A DNA stretch of 17,396 nt from an uncultured Candidatus Saccharibacteria bacterium (lineage in GTDB: Bacteria; Patescibacteriota; Minisyncoccia; UBA11713; 2-01-FULL-45-33). The stretch's first letter is position 1, and every line of letters starts with the position of its first letter. A program made the position numbers and the translations under genes. The notes under the pieces are model-generated. The model searched no databases, had not been told where the DNA came from, and worked only from the letters and a program-made list of their open reading frames with translations. Below, one piece after another: positions 1-7,637 of this stretch. Location: NCBI GenBank assembly GCA_964640425.1, contig CAZXFC010000023.1:1-17396 (forward strand), written 5' to 3'.

Positions 1-2
1 TT

Positions 3-3000
3 TTATATCCTCCTTATCTCCTCGGCGATTATGGAAGGCGAGTCGTTGCGGAAAGAATAATTTCCCGTGACCATGACGCAATTGTTTTCGATTATATTTT
101 GGCCGTATTGCTGGAGGGTGCGCGGGAAAACGACGCATTCGATCTCGTCAGTCATGTCCTGAAGCTTTAAGAAGAGCATCGATTCTCCCTTTTTGGTCGT
201 TATACGGCGCGAGGTCAAAATAAGCGCGGCGACGGAAGCCTGCGGTCCGTAAGTGCCGCCTTTTTTTATTTTGAAGGAAGATATGGGAATTATGTAACCG
301 TTTTTCCCATTCTTTTTGTTGTCGTTATTGAATTTTTCGAGAGGATGCCCGGAAACATAAACTCCGAGGAGCTCGCGTTCCCAAGCAAGCTTTTCCTCAA
401 GCGTTGCTGGTAAGGTTTTTGATAGTTTAAGTTGCGGGAGAGTTGATTTATCAGACATTTCTGAAAAAAGCGATGACTGGCTGTCGTTCGAACTTTTGCG
501 GTGCGCTTTTGCATATTCCAAAATTTTATCCATATTTTTGACGACCTCGTTCCTTTCGGCAAATCCGTCCAAGGCCCCGGCTTTGGCCAGCGATTCGAGT
601 GATCTTTTGTTTAAGTCTTTTGAGTCGACCCTTTCCAGAAATTCGGCGAGCGACGTGAAAGATCCGTTTTTATCGCGTTCCACAATTATCGCTTCAACGA
701 TATTTTCCCCGACATTTTTTATCGACGTGAGCCCAAATCTGATTTTTGGCGGTTCACCCGCCGCTTGGCGGTCCGACTGCAAAGCGGGTATGGAAAATAT
801 TTTATTGCTTTGGTTGATATCCGGAGGCAAAACGGAAATCCCCATTTCTTTGCATTCCTTGATCAGCATTGCGATGCGTTCGGTATCTTTTTTATCGTTG
901 TTGAAAAGCGATGTCATGAATTCGAGAGGATAATAATATTTAAGCCAGGCTGTCTGAGCCCCGATTATCGCGTATGCGGCCGTATGCGCCTTATTGAAAC
1001 CGTATCGCGCGAAAGGCTCCAGAAGTTCTCCCAATTCTTGGGCTATTTTCGCATCAATGCCGTTTTTTATCATTCCGCCGACGAATTTTTCTTTTTGCTC
1101 TTCGAGAAGACTTCTTATTTTCTTACCGATGGCTTTGCGCAAAATGTCGGCTTCGGCGAGAGTAAACCCGGCCATTTCCTGCGCAATCTGCATCATTTGC
1201 TCCTGATAGATCGTCACTCCGTAAGTCGGCGACAATATTTTTTCCAATTTAGGATGGATATAAGTGACTTTTTCTTTGCCGTGCTTTCGCAAAATAAATG
1301 AGGGGATAAGCTCCATCGGGCCGGGGCGGAAGAGCGATATCATGGCGATGATGTCTTCAATGTCGTGCGGCTCCAGCTCCACTAAATATCTTGTCATTCC
1401 CGAACCTTCAAGCTGGAAAACTCCCACGGTTTTCCCTTCGCGGAGCATTTTGTAGGGTTCAGGATCGTTTACGTCGATATTTTGAATATCTATTTCTTTG
1501 CCGTACCTTTCTTTTATCAAATCGATGGTATTTTCCATTATCGATAGGTTTTTCAATCCGAGAAAATCCATTTTGAGAAGTCCCAAGTCGACGATGCCGT
1601 GCATATCGTATTGCGTTACGATCGCCTCATGCCTCGCATCGTCGTCTCCCCGCACGGCGGCGCGCTGCAACGGCACCATGTCTGTGAGAGGATTTTTTGT
1701 GATAACAACTCCCGAAGCGTGAACCGAAGCATGGCGGCATACGCCTTCCAGTTTCATTGCGGCGTCTAACATTTTTTTCGCGTCCGGGCTCGTCTCATAA
1801 ATGTTTTTAAGTTCAGGAACTTCTTTAAGGCATTTTTCCAGATATCCTTCTTTTTCTCCCTGATTCGGGTTGAAAGGTATCATTTTTGCGGTTTGGTCGG
1901 CCAATGCGAGTGAGATGCCCAAGGCCCGCCCTGCGTCGCGAATCGCCGCGCGGGCCGCCATTGTGCCGAAAGTGATAATTTGCGCAACATGATCCCTTCC
2001 GTATTTTTGGGCGACATATTCAATTACTTCGTCCCGCCTCGTATCCGCAAAATCCATATCGATGTCGGGCGGCTCCACGCGCGCAGGATTTAAAAATCTT
2101 TCGAAAATAAGATTGTATTTTATCGGGTCGACGTTCGTTATTTCCAAAACGTAAGAGACGATTGAGCCTGCCGCCGAGCCTCTTCCCGGGCCGACCGCGA
2201 TTTTTTGTTTTTTTGCCCAATTGACGAAATCCCACACCACCAAAAAATATTCAACGAACCCGGTCGTTTGCAAAACCGAAAGCTCGTAAGCAAGGCGCTT
2301 TTCTATTTCTGCGCCGGGTTTTTCACCATATCGTTTTATCAGTCCTTCTTCGCAAAGTTTTTCGAGGTACGAAAATGCCGTTTCGCCTTCGGGAAGAGGA
2401 AAGCTCGGTATTTGGATTTTACCCAGTTCCATTTTCAGATCGCACATCTCTGCGATTTTCAGCGTATTTGTAATTGCCTCGGGCGTATCTTTGAAAAGTT
2501 CAGCCATCTCTTCAGGCGCGCTGAGCGAATAATCGTCGTCTTTCATCGTGAGCCGGTCCTCGTCGTCGAGCCTTGTATTGGTTTGCACCGCCAAAAGCAC
2601 GTCGTGGGCCGACGCGTCATTTTTTTTTAAATAATGGATGTCTTGGGTCGCGACAAGCCCCACGCCGTGTTTTTTAGCGAAAGCTACGAGGTCGGCCATC
2701 AGCTTATTATAATTCGGCACTGAAGGATGGCTGCCTATTTCGATGAAAAAATTTTCTTTGCCCAAAATCTCCTGATATTGCGCCAAAAGTTCATCTGCCC
2801 TTGCTTCGTCGTTGTTCAAAAGAGCGCGCGGAATTTCGCCCGTCATGCATCCGGAGAGAGCGACGAGGCCGGCCGAATACTTTCTCAAATTTTCTTTATC
2901 TATTCTCGGCTTGTAATAGAAACCCTCCAGATGGGCGAGCGTCACGAGCTTCACGAGGTTTTTGTAACCCTCCAGGTTTTTTGAAAGCAATATCAAATGA

Positions 3001-3257
3001 TATCTTTTGTCGTCTATGCCGGGGCGTTTTTCATAAAGAGAACCGGCGGCGACGTAGGCTTCAACTCCGATGATCGGCTTTATTCCCGCTTTTTTACAGG
3101 CTTTGTAAAATTCTATCGCGCCGTAAAGATTGCCGTGATCGGTTATCGCCAAGGCGGGCATGCCCATTTTTTTTGCTTCCTTAACAAGGCCGTCAATTTT
3201 TGCAAGGCCGTCCAAGAGCGAATAATGCGAATGAGTATGTAGGTGAACGAATGACAT
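3..3257 (-). CDS. dnaE: DNA polymerase III alpha subunit (replicative polymerase), compact 1084-aa form
   Basis: Single uninterrupted ORF. The N-terminal PHP-domain signature MSFVHLHTHSHYSLLDG...ITDHGNLYG and a polymerase core are conserved throughout. ATG at 3255-3257 (reverse strand), stop at 3-5. No SD is visible upstream. Confidence 0.9.
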   Translation of the reverse strand: MSFVHLHTHSHYSLLDGLAKIDGLVKEAKKMGMPALAITDHGNLYGAIEFYKACKKAGIKPIIGVEAYVAAGSLYEKRPGIDDKRYHLILLSKNLEGYKNLVKLVTLAHLEGFYYKPRIDKENLRKYSAGLVALSGCMTGEIPRALLNNDEARADELLAQYQEILGKENFFIEIGSHPSVPNYNKLMADLVAFAKKHGVGLVATQDIHYLKKNDASAHDVLLAVQTNTRLDDEDRLTMKDDDYSLSAPEEMAELFKDTPEAITNTLKIAEMCDLKMELGKIQIPSFPLPEGETAFSYLEKLCEEGLIKRYGEKPGAEIEKRLAYELSVLQTTGFVEYFLVVWDFVNWAKKQKIAVGPGRGSAAGSIVSYVLEITNVDPIKYNLIFERFLNPARVEPPDIDMDFADTRRDEVIEYVAQKYGRDHVAQIITFGTMAARAAIRDAGRALGISLALADQTAKMIPFNPNQGEKEGYLEKCLKEVPELKNIYETSPDAKKMLDAAMKLEGVCRHASVHASGVVITKNPLTDMVPLQRAAVRGDDDARHEAIVTQYDMHGIVDLGLLKMDFLGLKNLSIMENTIDLIKERYGKEIDIQNIDVNDPEPYKMLREGKTVGVFQLEGSGMTRYLVELEPHDIEDIIAMISLFRPGPMELIPSFILRKHGKEKVTYIHPKLEKILSPTYGVTIYQEQMMQIAQEMAGFTLAEADILRKAIGKKIRSLLEEQKEKFVGGMIKNGIDAKIAQELGELLEPFARYGFNKAHTAAYAIIGAQTAWLKYYYPLEFMTSLFNNDKKDTERIAMLIKECKEMGISVLPPDINQSNKIFSIPALQSDRQAAGEPPKIRFGLTSIKNVGENIVEAIIVERDKNGSFTSLAEFLERVDSKDLNKRSLESLAKAGALDGFAERNEVVKNMDKILEYAKAHRKSSNDSQSSLFSEMSDKSTLPQLKLSKTLPATLEEKLAWERELLGVYVSGHPLEKFNNDNKKNGKNGYIIPISSFKIKKGGTYGPQASVAALILTSRRITTKKGESMLFLKLQDMTDEIECVVFPRTLQQYGQNIIENNCVMVTGNYSFRNDSPSIIAEEIRRI

Positions 3258-3375
3258 ATTAATAATTTGATTCTAGCAATTATTTTAGGTTTTGCTAATA
3301 TATATTCAAAAATGCGGGAAAAAACTTGTAGCAACTGGCTGCCCGCCATTTATCAACCCCGGAGGTTCAGATTTT

Positions 3376-3405
3376 TAACTGTCATACTAAGGCAGTTTTT
3401 TCTTT
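3376..3405 (+). terminator. Terminator-like hairpin (aactg-11 nt loop-cagtt, then T-tract) just outside the 3' hairpin of IS-like element A
   Basis: Stem 3377-3381/3393-3397 followed by tttttctttt. No plus-strand gene ends here, so it may be an insertion-target structure rather than a functional terminator. Confidence 0.25.
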
Positions 3406-4076
3406 TATTCCAGCATTAATGTTAGAAGCTCGGTGTCTAACAATTTTGCCGTGCTGGATTTTACAAAACCGAGGTATTCCACTTTGTTTGCGAATTGGTC
3501 CAGGACGATATCCGGCAGCAAAAGAGGTCCCCATCGATTTGTCACAGTATAGTCCTGATAGCTGGACCACGTATATACGTGGTCTTTTTGTTTCCACTCT
3601 TTCATTTCTCGCGGATTACGGTGAATATATGCTGAAAGATGTAGAAGCTGCCGATCATCTTCGACATGTACAATTTTATACGGACCTTGGAACAAATGGC
3701 CGGATTTATTATATTTTGTATTGAAATATTTTGTGTATGCCGTAAGAACTCTTTGCATATATTGCGAAATACCGCCTTCAATGCCTTCTTTTATGGTCAG
3801 ATGAAAATGATTTGGCATTAAAGCAAAATTTACTAATTCCACAGAGCGATTTTTTATAATTTCGGCAATCATTGATTTATCGATGTTAAAAGCTCGGTGT
3901 CTAACAAATCTAGACACGTATCGGCCGATGTTATAGAGAATTTCCGGAGATTGGAAATATAAAATCAAGAATAAGAAGCGTGCCTTGTCTTTTTCGTCAA
4001 GAAAGATTTGCTGTTTATTATTGCCGCGATTGAAAAGATGGTAATACTCTCCGGGCGCGATAGGTGTTGTTCTCAT
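3405..4076 (-). CDS. tnpA: Y1 (HuH) tyrosine transposase, IS200-like / REP-associated (RAYT-like, COG1943-type), 223 aa
   Basis: N-terminal G-E-YYHLFNRG motif, HuH motif LMPNHFHL, and C-terminal catalytic-Tyr helix LSAYIHRNP. Paralogous (roughly 35-40% identity by eye) to the CDS at 5201-5836. Confidence 0.8.
   Translation of the reverse strand: MRTTPIAPGEYYHLFNRGNNKQQIFLDEKDKARFLFLILYFQSPEILYNIGRYVSRFVRHRAFNIDKSMIAEIIKNRSVELVNFALMPNHFHLTIKEGIEGGISQYMQRVLTAYTKYFNTKYNKSGHLFQGPYKIVHVEDDRQLLHLSAYIHRNPREMKEWKQKDHVYTWSSYQDYTVTNRWGPLLLPDIVLDQFANKVEYLGFVKSSTAKLLDTELLTLMLE
3419..3447. repeat. Element A terminal hairpin repeat, 3'/RE side (atgttagaagctcggtgtctaacaatttt). Stem tgttaga/tctaaca, loop agctcggtg.
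   Basis: Exact 29/29 match to 4094-4122. It lies inside the last 14 codons of tnpA-A. Confidence 0.85.
3883..3911. repeat. Element A internal copy of the terminal hairpin (atgttaaaagctcggtgtctaacaaatct), same orientation, 26/29 identity
   Basis: It lies inside the tnpA-A reading frame and encodes FVRHRAFN. An overlapping alternative stem gtgtcta/tagacac is also present. Hairpin centre is 211 nt from the 5'-side copy and 464 nt from the 3'-side copy. Confidence 0.8.
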
Positions 4077-4093
4077 ATGTGCATCAAGCTAGC

Positions 4094-4122
4094 ATGTTAG
4101 AAGCTCGGTGTCTAACAATTTT
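4094..4122. repeat. Element A terminal hairpin repeat, 5'/LE side, 18 nt upstream of the tnpA-A start
   Basis: Exact 29/29 match to 3419-3447. Confidence 0.85.
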
Positions 4123-4171
4123 ATATTCTATGTATTTTATGCTCCAATGCCAATAGATAAATAAGGCAGAG

Positions 4172-5116
4172 ATGCTTTTTAAGCTCCTTGCAAATATTTA
4201 TACGGCCGGACGCACATTCGGTGAAGCGAAGCCCAGGATTGATGCGCTTACAAGGCGAGGTTTTAGCGTGACGAGCGATATTTTGGGTGAATTTAACAAA
4301 GATCGAGAGAGAATTGAACAAGCGGTTGACGAGTATTTACTGCACATGCAGGTACTGGGCTTACTGCAAAAAGCCAAAGGAACCGGAAATATTGTAAGCC
4401 TGGCCGTTAAGCCGTCGCGTATCGGGCTTGAACATTCATATGGGGTTTTCCAAAAAAATCTTCATATTATTGCCGAAGCCGCTAAAAATGCGGGAATATT
4501 TCTTTGGACTGACGCTGAAAAAAAGAAAGACCGAGAAATAGTTACCGTCTCGAATATAAGAGAGCGTGCCATGGGCTTCGATAATATAGGGCAGGCAATT
4601 CAATGTGTCCATTCCGATGCCGAAAAATTTATTGAAGAACTTCTTAAATGGAATATTGGTATTCGTTTTGTGAAAGGCGCGTATACTGACGGAGACCTGA
4701 AAAAAGACACGGACATTGTCCAAAATTTTAAAAATTGTTTTTGGTCAGCGCTTTTTCATTTCAGAAATTCAAAGGAAAAAGCTACTATAGCCGCGGCTAC
4801 CCACGATAGCAGGCTCATCGATTATGCGCTCAGGTTCAGGGAAATAGATCCGGATCTCGCGCAATTTATCCAGATTCAGATGCTATATGGTATCCGCGTG
4901 AAGCTGTGGTTTGAGCTTATAAGGAAAGGGGTTGATCTTTTGATATACGTCCCTTGGGGACCCGACCGGATCGGCTTCTTAAAGCGCCGACTCAAAGAAG
5001 GCATCCAGCCGGGCGCCAAATGGCTTTTTATCAGGAATATTTTCGAAGCGTGGTTTTATAGATTTTCTGATGACTATCCTTACGGTTTTGGAGAAGATAC
5101 TTTTAATAAAAAATAA
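4172..5116 (+). CDS. Proline dehydrogenase (monofunctional PRODH, PutB-like), 314 aa, N-terminus about 20 aa shorter than typical homologues
   Basis: Motifs conserved in the PRODH barrel: IGIRFVKGAY (compare LRIVKGAY), AAATHD (compare VATHD), FIQIQMLYGIR (compare FQMLYGMR), YVPWGP, and FLKRRLKEG (compare MRRLAERP). SD-like aagg lies 6 nt upstream of ATG 4172. An in-frame upstream stop at 4154 fixes the start. Confidence 0.8.
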   Translation: MLFKLLANIYTAGRTFGEAKPRIDALTRRGFSVTSDILGEFNKDRERIEQAVDEYLLHMQVLGLLQKAKGTGNIVSLAVKPSRIGLEHSYGVFQKNLHIIAEAAKNAGIFLWTDAEKKKDREIVTVSNIRERAMGFDNIGQAIQCVHSDAEKFIEELLKWNIGIRFVKGAYTDGDLKKDTDIVQNFKNCFWSALFHFRNSKEKATIAAATHDSRLIDYALRFREIDPDLAQFIQIQMLYGIRVKLWFELIRKGVDLLIYVPWGPDRIGFLKRRLKEGIQPGAKWLFIRNIFEAWFYRFSDDYPYGFGEDTFNKK

Positions 5117-5123
5117 CATTTCA

Positions 5124-5156
5124 TCCGGCGTCAATGGCGCCGGATTTGTTTTTTTT
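5124..5156 (+). terminator. Rho-independent terminator of the PRODH gene
   Basis: Stem tccggcg (5124-5130) / cgccgga (5138-5144), 7-nt loop, followed by tttgtttttttt. Confidence 0.75.
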
Positions 5157-5162
5157 ACAGTC

Positions 5163-5188
5163 ACTTGGCTTCCCGAGACCTAAGTGCT
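5163..5188. repeat. Element B 5'/LE hairpin (acttggc-ttcccgaga-cctaagt, stem with a 1-nt bulge)
   Basis: Shares ttcccgagacctaagt(N)tgct with the 3' copy. Confidence 0.8.
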
Positions 5189-5200
5189 ATATTGCGCGGC

Positions 5201-5836
5201 ATGAGAAAATCAAAATTTGTAAATGGGGAATTTTATCATATTTATAATCGCGGAACCGACAAAAGAGTAATTTTTTCCGATCAATACGACTTTGAGCGCT
5301 TTCTTCGGGCTATGAACGAGTTTAACTCAATCAAGCCGGTTGGCAGCCTTTACGAAAATTCTTTTCGCGACCGACTTAGGTCTCGGGAACCTAAGTTGGT
5401 AAATATCGTTGCTTATTGTCTAAATCCAAATCATTTTCATATTATTTTAGAGCAAATGAAAAACGGCGGGATAAGTAATTTTATTCAAAAACTTGGAGGT
5501 GGGTATGCTAATTATTTTAACGCTAAATACAAAAGGTCGGGAACTCTTTTTCAAGGAAGATTCAAATCAAAGCATGTGGATTCAAATGAATATTTATTGC
5601 ATTTAAGCGTATACGTAAATTTAAATAATAAAGTTCATAAAATAAAAAATCAGAACTTCAGATCAAGTTGGGATGAATATATGAGAGATAACAAAACAAG
5701 CTTGTGCGGGACAAAAATAATTTTGGATCAGTTTAAGAATTCAAAAGAATACAGGATTTTTTCCGAAAGCTCTTTGGTGGATATATTACAAAGGAAGGAA
5801 ACGCACAAGGAGATAGAAAATCTGTTGCTAGAATAG
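5201..5836 (+). CDS. tnpA: Y1 (HuH) tyrosine transposase, IS200-like / RAYT-like, 211 aa from ATG 5201
   Basis: MRKSKFVNGEFYHIYNRG aligns with MRTTPIAPGEYYHLFNRG of the paralogue. HuH motif LNPNHFHI and catalytic-Tyr helix LSVYVNLN are present. The ORF-track start at TTG 5165 was rejected in favour of ATG 5201 on the strength of this alignment. Confidence 0.8.
   Translation: MRKSKFVNGEFYHIYNRGTDKRVIFSDQYDFERFLRAMNEFNSIKPVGSLYENSFRDRLRSREPKLVNIVAYCLNPNHFHIILEQMKNGGISNFIQKLGGGYANYFNAKYKRSGTLFQGRFKSKHVDSNEYLLHLSVYVNLNNKVHKIKNQNFRSSWDEYMRDNKTSLCGTKIILDQFKNSKEYRIFSESSLVDILQRKETHKEIENLLLE
5374..5396. repeat. Element B internal hairpin (acttaggtctcgggaacctaagt), the exact reverse complement of the 23-nt 3'-end hairpin
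   Basis: It lies inside the tnpA-B reading frame and encodes LRSREPKL. Hairpin centre is about 211 nt from the LE hairpin and about 465 nt from the RE hairpin. Confidence 0.8.
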
Positions 5837-5838
5837 TT

Positions 5839-5867
5839 ACTTAGGTTCCCGAGACCTAAGTAGTGCT
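5839..5867. repeat. Element B 3'/RE hairpin (acttaggt-tcccgag-acctaagt, then agtgct), 3 nt after the tnpA-B stop
   Basis: Perfect 7-bp stem. The loop contains CCGAG, as in the element A loops when read in element orientation. Confidence 0.8.
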
Positions 5868-5952
5868 CATTCGGGCGTTAATTGCGCCTGACTCTATGTT
5901 TTTTTTAGGAATATGCTATCTTAATTTAAGAATGTTTTTGTAGAGGCGTATT

Positions 5953-6207
5953 GTGGTTGCTTATATTTTATTGGCAGTTATTGCTGTTGTTTTGGATTAT
6001 TTTTTTGGCAAAAATGCTTTCACGAGTTGGTTTGGCTGGTACTTATTTCTAAGCGTTGTCATTTGCATGCCGGCGCACATGTATTCTTACATTCTACAAC
6101 TTACGTTAGGAAGCGAGGAATTCGCAAAAAAATACCCAAATCCCGAAGAATATCTAGCTTCGCATAAAACTTTTTTGTTTGCAATATTTTACAGCTTATT
6201 TCTCTAA
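5953..6207 (+). CDS. Small hydrophobic (2-TM) hypothetical protein, 84 aa, GTG start
   Basis: The ORF runs two hydrophobic stretches and is followed by a terminator-like hairpin. No recognisable motifs and a weak start context. Confidence 0.3.
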   Translation: MVAYILLAVIAVVLDYFFGKNAFTSWFGWYLFLSVVICMPAHMYSYILQLTLGSEEFAKKYPNPEEYLASHKTFLFAIFYSLFL

Positions 6208-6231
6208 TTTTGGTGGAAATGGCTTTAAATA

Positions 6232-6258
6232 ACGCCCGCAATTTTGAGGGCGTTTTCT
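6232..6258 (+). terminator. Hairpin acgccc-10 nt loop-gggcgt, then tttt
   Basis: Seen directly. The T-tract is short. Confidence 0.4.
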
Positions 6259-6274
6259 ATTTGTCAGGAATATT

Positions 6275-6910
6275 ATGTATTATTTATGTGTGGTTAAATA
6301 CATCATTGGAATCGACGAGGTTGGGAGGGGACCGTTGGCCGGGCCGATGATGGTCGGCGCCGTTGCGATTGCCGGAGAGCCGCCGGACGCCGGATTTTTG
6401 AGAGGAATAAAAGATTCTAAGAAACTGACAAAACTCCGGCGCGAGAATTGGAGCAAGAAAATTTGGGCGGAGAAAAACCGGCCCAAGGCCGGCCAGCCTG
6501 GGGCTGGCGAAATTAAAATTGCAATTGTCTCTATTGGTCCGTCCGTTATCGACAAATACGGGATATCTGCATCATTAAAACTCGCGGTAGCCAAGTGTCT
6601 TAAGATTTTGGTTAAAACCGATGACGAGTGCGAAATATTTCTCGATGGCTCGCTTTATGCGCCTGAGCAATATAAAAATCAACAAACAATTATAAAAGGA
6701 GACGAAAAGTTTCCGGTAATTTCCGCGGCTTCGGTGGTGGCCAAAGTTTACCGCGACAAAATAATGCAAAAACTTTCGATAAAATATCCCGAATATGGTT
6801 TTGACAATCATGTCGGCTATGGCACCGCCGCCCACATCGCGGCGATAAAAAAACACGGCCTCTCGGCCGTCCACCGCAAAAGTTTTTGCAAAAAAATTCT
6901 TATTGATTAA
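6275..6910 (+). CDS. rnhB: Ribonuclease HII
   Basis: Signature IIGIDEVGRGPLAGP...DSKKLT, a catalytic DxxD... region, and a full-length 211-aa product. GC-rich relative to its neighbours. Confidence 0.9.
   Translation: MYYLCVVKYIIGIDEVGRGPLAGPMMVGAVAIAGEPPDAGFLRGIKDSKKLTKLRRENWSKKIWAEKNRPKAGQPGAGEIKIAIVSIGPSVIDKYGISASLKLAVAKCLKILVKTDDECEIFLDGSLYAPEQYKNQQTIIKGDEKFPVISAASVVAKVYRDKIMQKLSIKYPEYGFDNHVGYGTAAHIAAIKKHGLSAVHRKSFCKKILID
6848..6875 (+). repeat. 28-bp perfect direct repeat, copy 1 (aaaaaacacggcctctcggccgtccacc), inside the 3' end of rnhB; contains the palindrome acggcc-tctc-ggccgt
   Basis: Identical to 7636-7663. Confidence 0.9.
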
Positions 6911-6911
6911 T

Positions 6912-7637
6912 ATGAAAGGTATGAACGAGCAGTCTTCACGGTCAGAAACTCCCCAAGAACTAAACGAACTATTGCAGGAACCCGGCAAGGATTATAGTCA
7001 TTTAATCAGGAAGATAGAAAAATTTGACGGGAAGTACGCTGAAATTCTTAGGACAAACTATTCTGAAATTTGGGATGATTATATTTTTAAAAGGACAAAT
7101 GCGGATATTAATATTGACTCCCTTTTTCAAAAGGCTTTACCGGATGAAACACTTGTTGATTTGGGTGGGGCGGCGGGGAGGCTAAGTGAGCTGGCTGGAA
7201 AATATAAGGCTAAGATGTATTTAGATGCTGATTTATATCCTTACGGAGCTGATGATCCGGAACCCGCTGACCCCACTAAAGGAAATATAAATATTAACGA
7301 TTATTATGATGTGATAACAAATACAAAAATGTTTGAGGGTAGCATAAAAAAATTAATAGTTAGAAGCGATATGCTTGATTTCGCGAGCCGAATAAAAGAC
7401 GGATCCGTAAACCTTACGCTAAACGGCATTGATTCATTTATTATTAAGGACCCAAAATATCACGAGGCATTGGCAAATGAAATTGCCCGGGCGGCCAAGC
7501 CGGGTGGTATTATATTCGGTAATCATTCAACTAGCTTAATGATGCTCGTTAAGATGATAGAAGGTGGGCCACTACGAGACAAATTTGAAATAGCAAAGAA
7601 TCATCAGGGTATGATTGTCATCCAAAAGAAAAACTAA
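6912..7637 (+). CDS. Putative class I SAM-dependent methyltransferase (substrate unknown), low GC
   Basis: Motif I-like LVDLGGAAGRL followed by the acidic YLDAD, plus a post-I AKPGGIIFG motif. There is no DPPY/SPPY DNA-methyltransferase motif. The start could be ATG 6912 or ATG 6921. Confidence 0.45.
   Translation: MKGMNEQSSRSETPQELNELLQEPGKDYSHLIRKIEKFDGKYAEILRTNYSEIWDDYIFKRTNADINIDSLFQKALPDETLVDLGGAAGRLSELAGKYKAKMYLDADLYPYGADDPEPADPTKGNININDYYDVITNTKMFEGSIKKLIVRSDMLDFASRIKDGSVNLTLNGIDSFIIKDPKYHEALANEIARAAKPGGIIFGNHSTSLMMLVKMIEGGPLRDKFEIAKNHQGMIVIQKKN

Larger units (their letters stand above)
3405..4125 (-). mobile_element. IS200/IS605-like tnpA-only insertion sequence, element A (about 704 bp between terminal hairpin repeats)
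   Basis: Identical 29-nt hairpin-containing repeats at 3419-3447 and 4094-4122 in direct orientation bracket a single Y1/HuH transposase gene. The size matches tnpA-only IS200 elements (about 0.7 kb). The hairpin sits upstream of the tnpA start, as in the IS200 left end. Confidence 0.55.
5160..5867 (+). mobile_element. IS200/IS605-like tnpA-only insertion sequence, element B (about 705 bp)
   Basis: Hairpin repeats at 5163-5188 and 5839-5867 share the 16-mer ttcccgagacctaagt in direct orientation and bracket a Y1 transposase gene. The element starts immediately 3' of TTAC (5156-5159), at the end of the PRODH terminator T-tract. Confidence 0.55.

Noticed and set aside
290-3349. Many 60-180 aa ORFs on both strands inside dnaE and over its upstream region (for example 496-933, 765-1301, 2205-2630, 3143-3349)
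   Set aside because: All are contained in or overlap the continuous, well-conserved dnaE reading frame, on the other strand or in other frames.
4121-4321. 66-aa minus-strand ORF overlapping the PRODH 5' end
   Set aside because: It overlaps a confidently identified PRODH CDS, with no motif and no RBS.
5165-5200. TTG start at 5165 for transposase B, as given in the ORF track
   Set aside because: Alignment with the paralogue (MRTTPIAPGEYYH against MRKSKFVNGEFYH) places the start at ATG 5201. The upstream extension lies inside the LE hairpin.
3405-5867. Interpretation as a classical composite transposon (identical IS copies flanking cargo)
   Set aside because: The two flanking units have different hairpin or end sequences and only about 35-40% identical transposases. 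Juxtaposition may be coincidental or due to shared target preference.
6280-6988. Minus-strand ORFs (104 aa and 137 aa) overlapping rnhB and the methyltransferase start
   Set aside because: They lie opposite a strongly supported rnhB CDS and are frame artefacts of GC-rich sequence.
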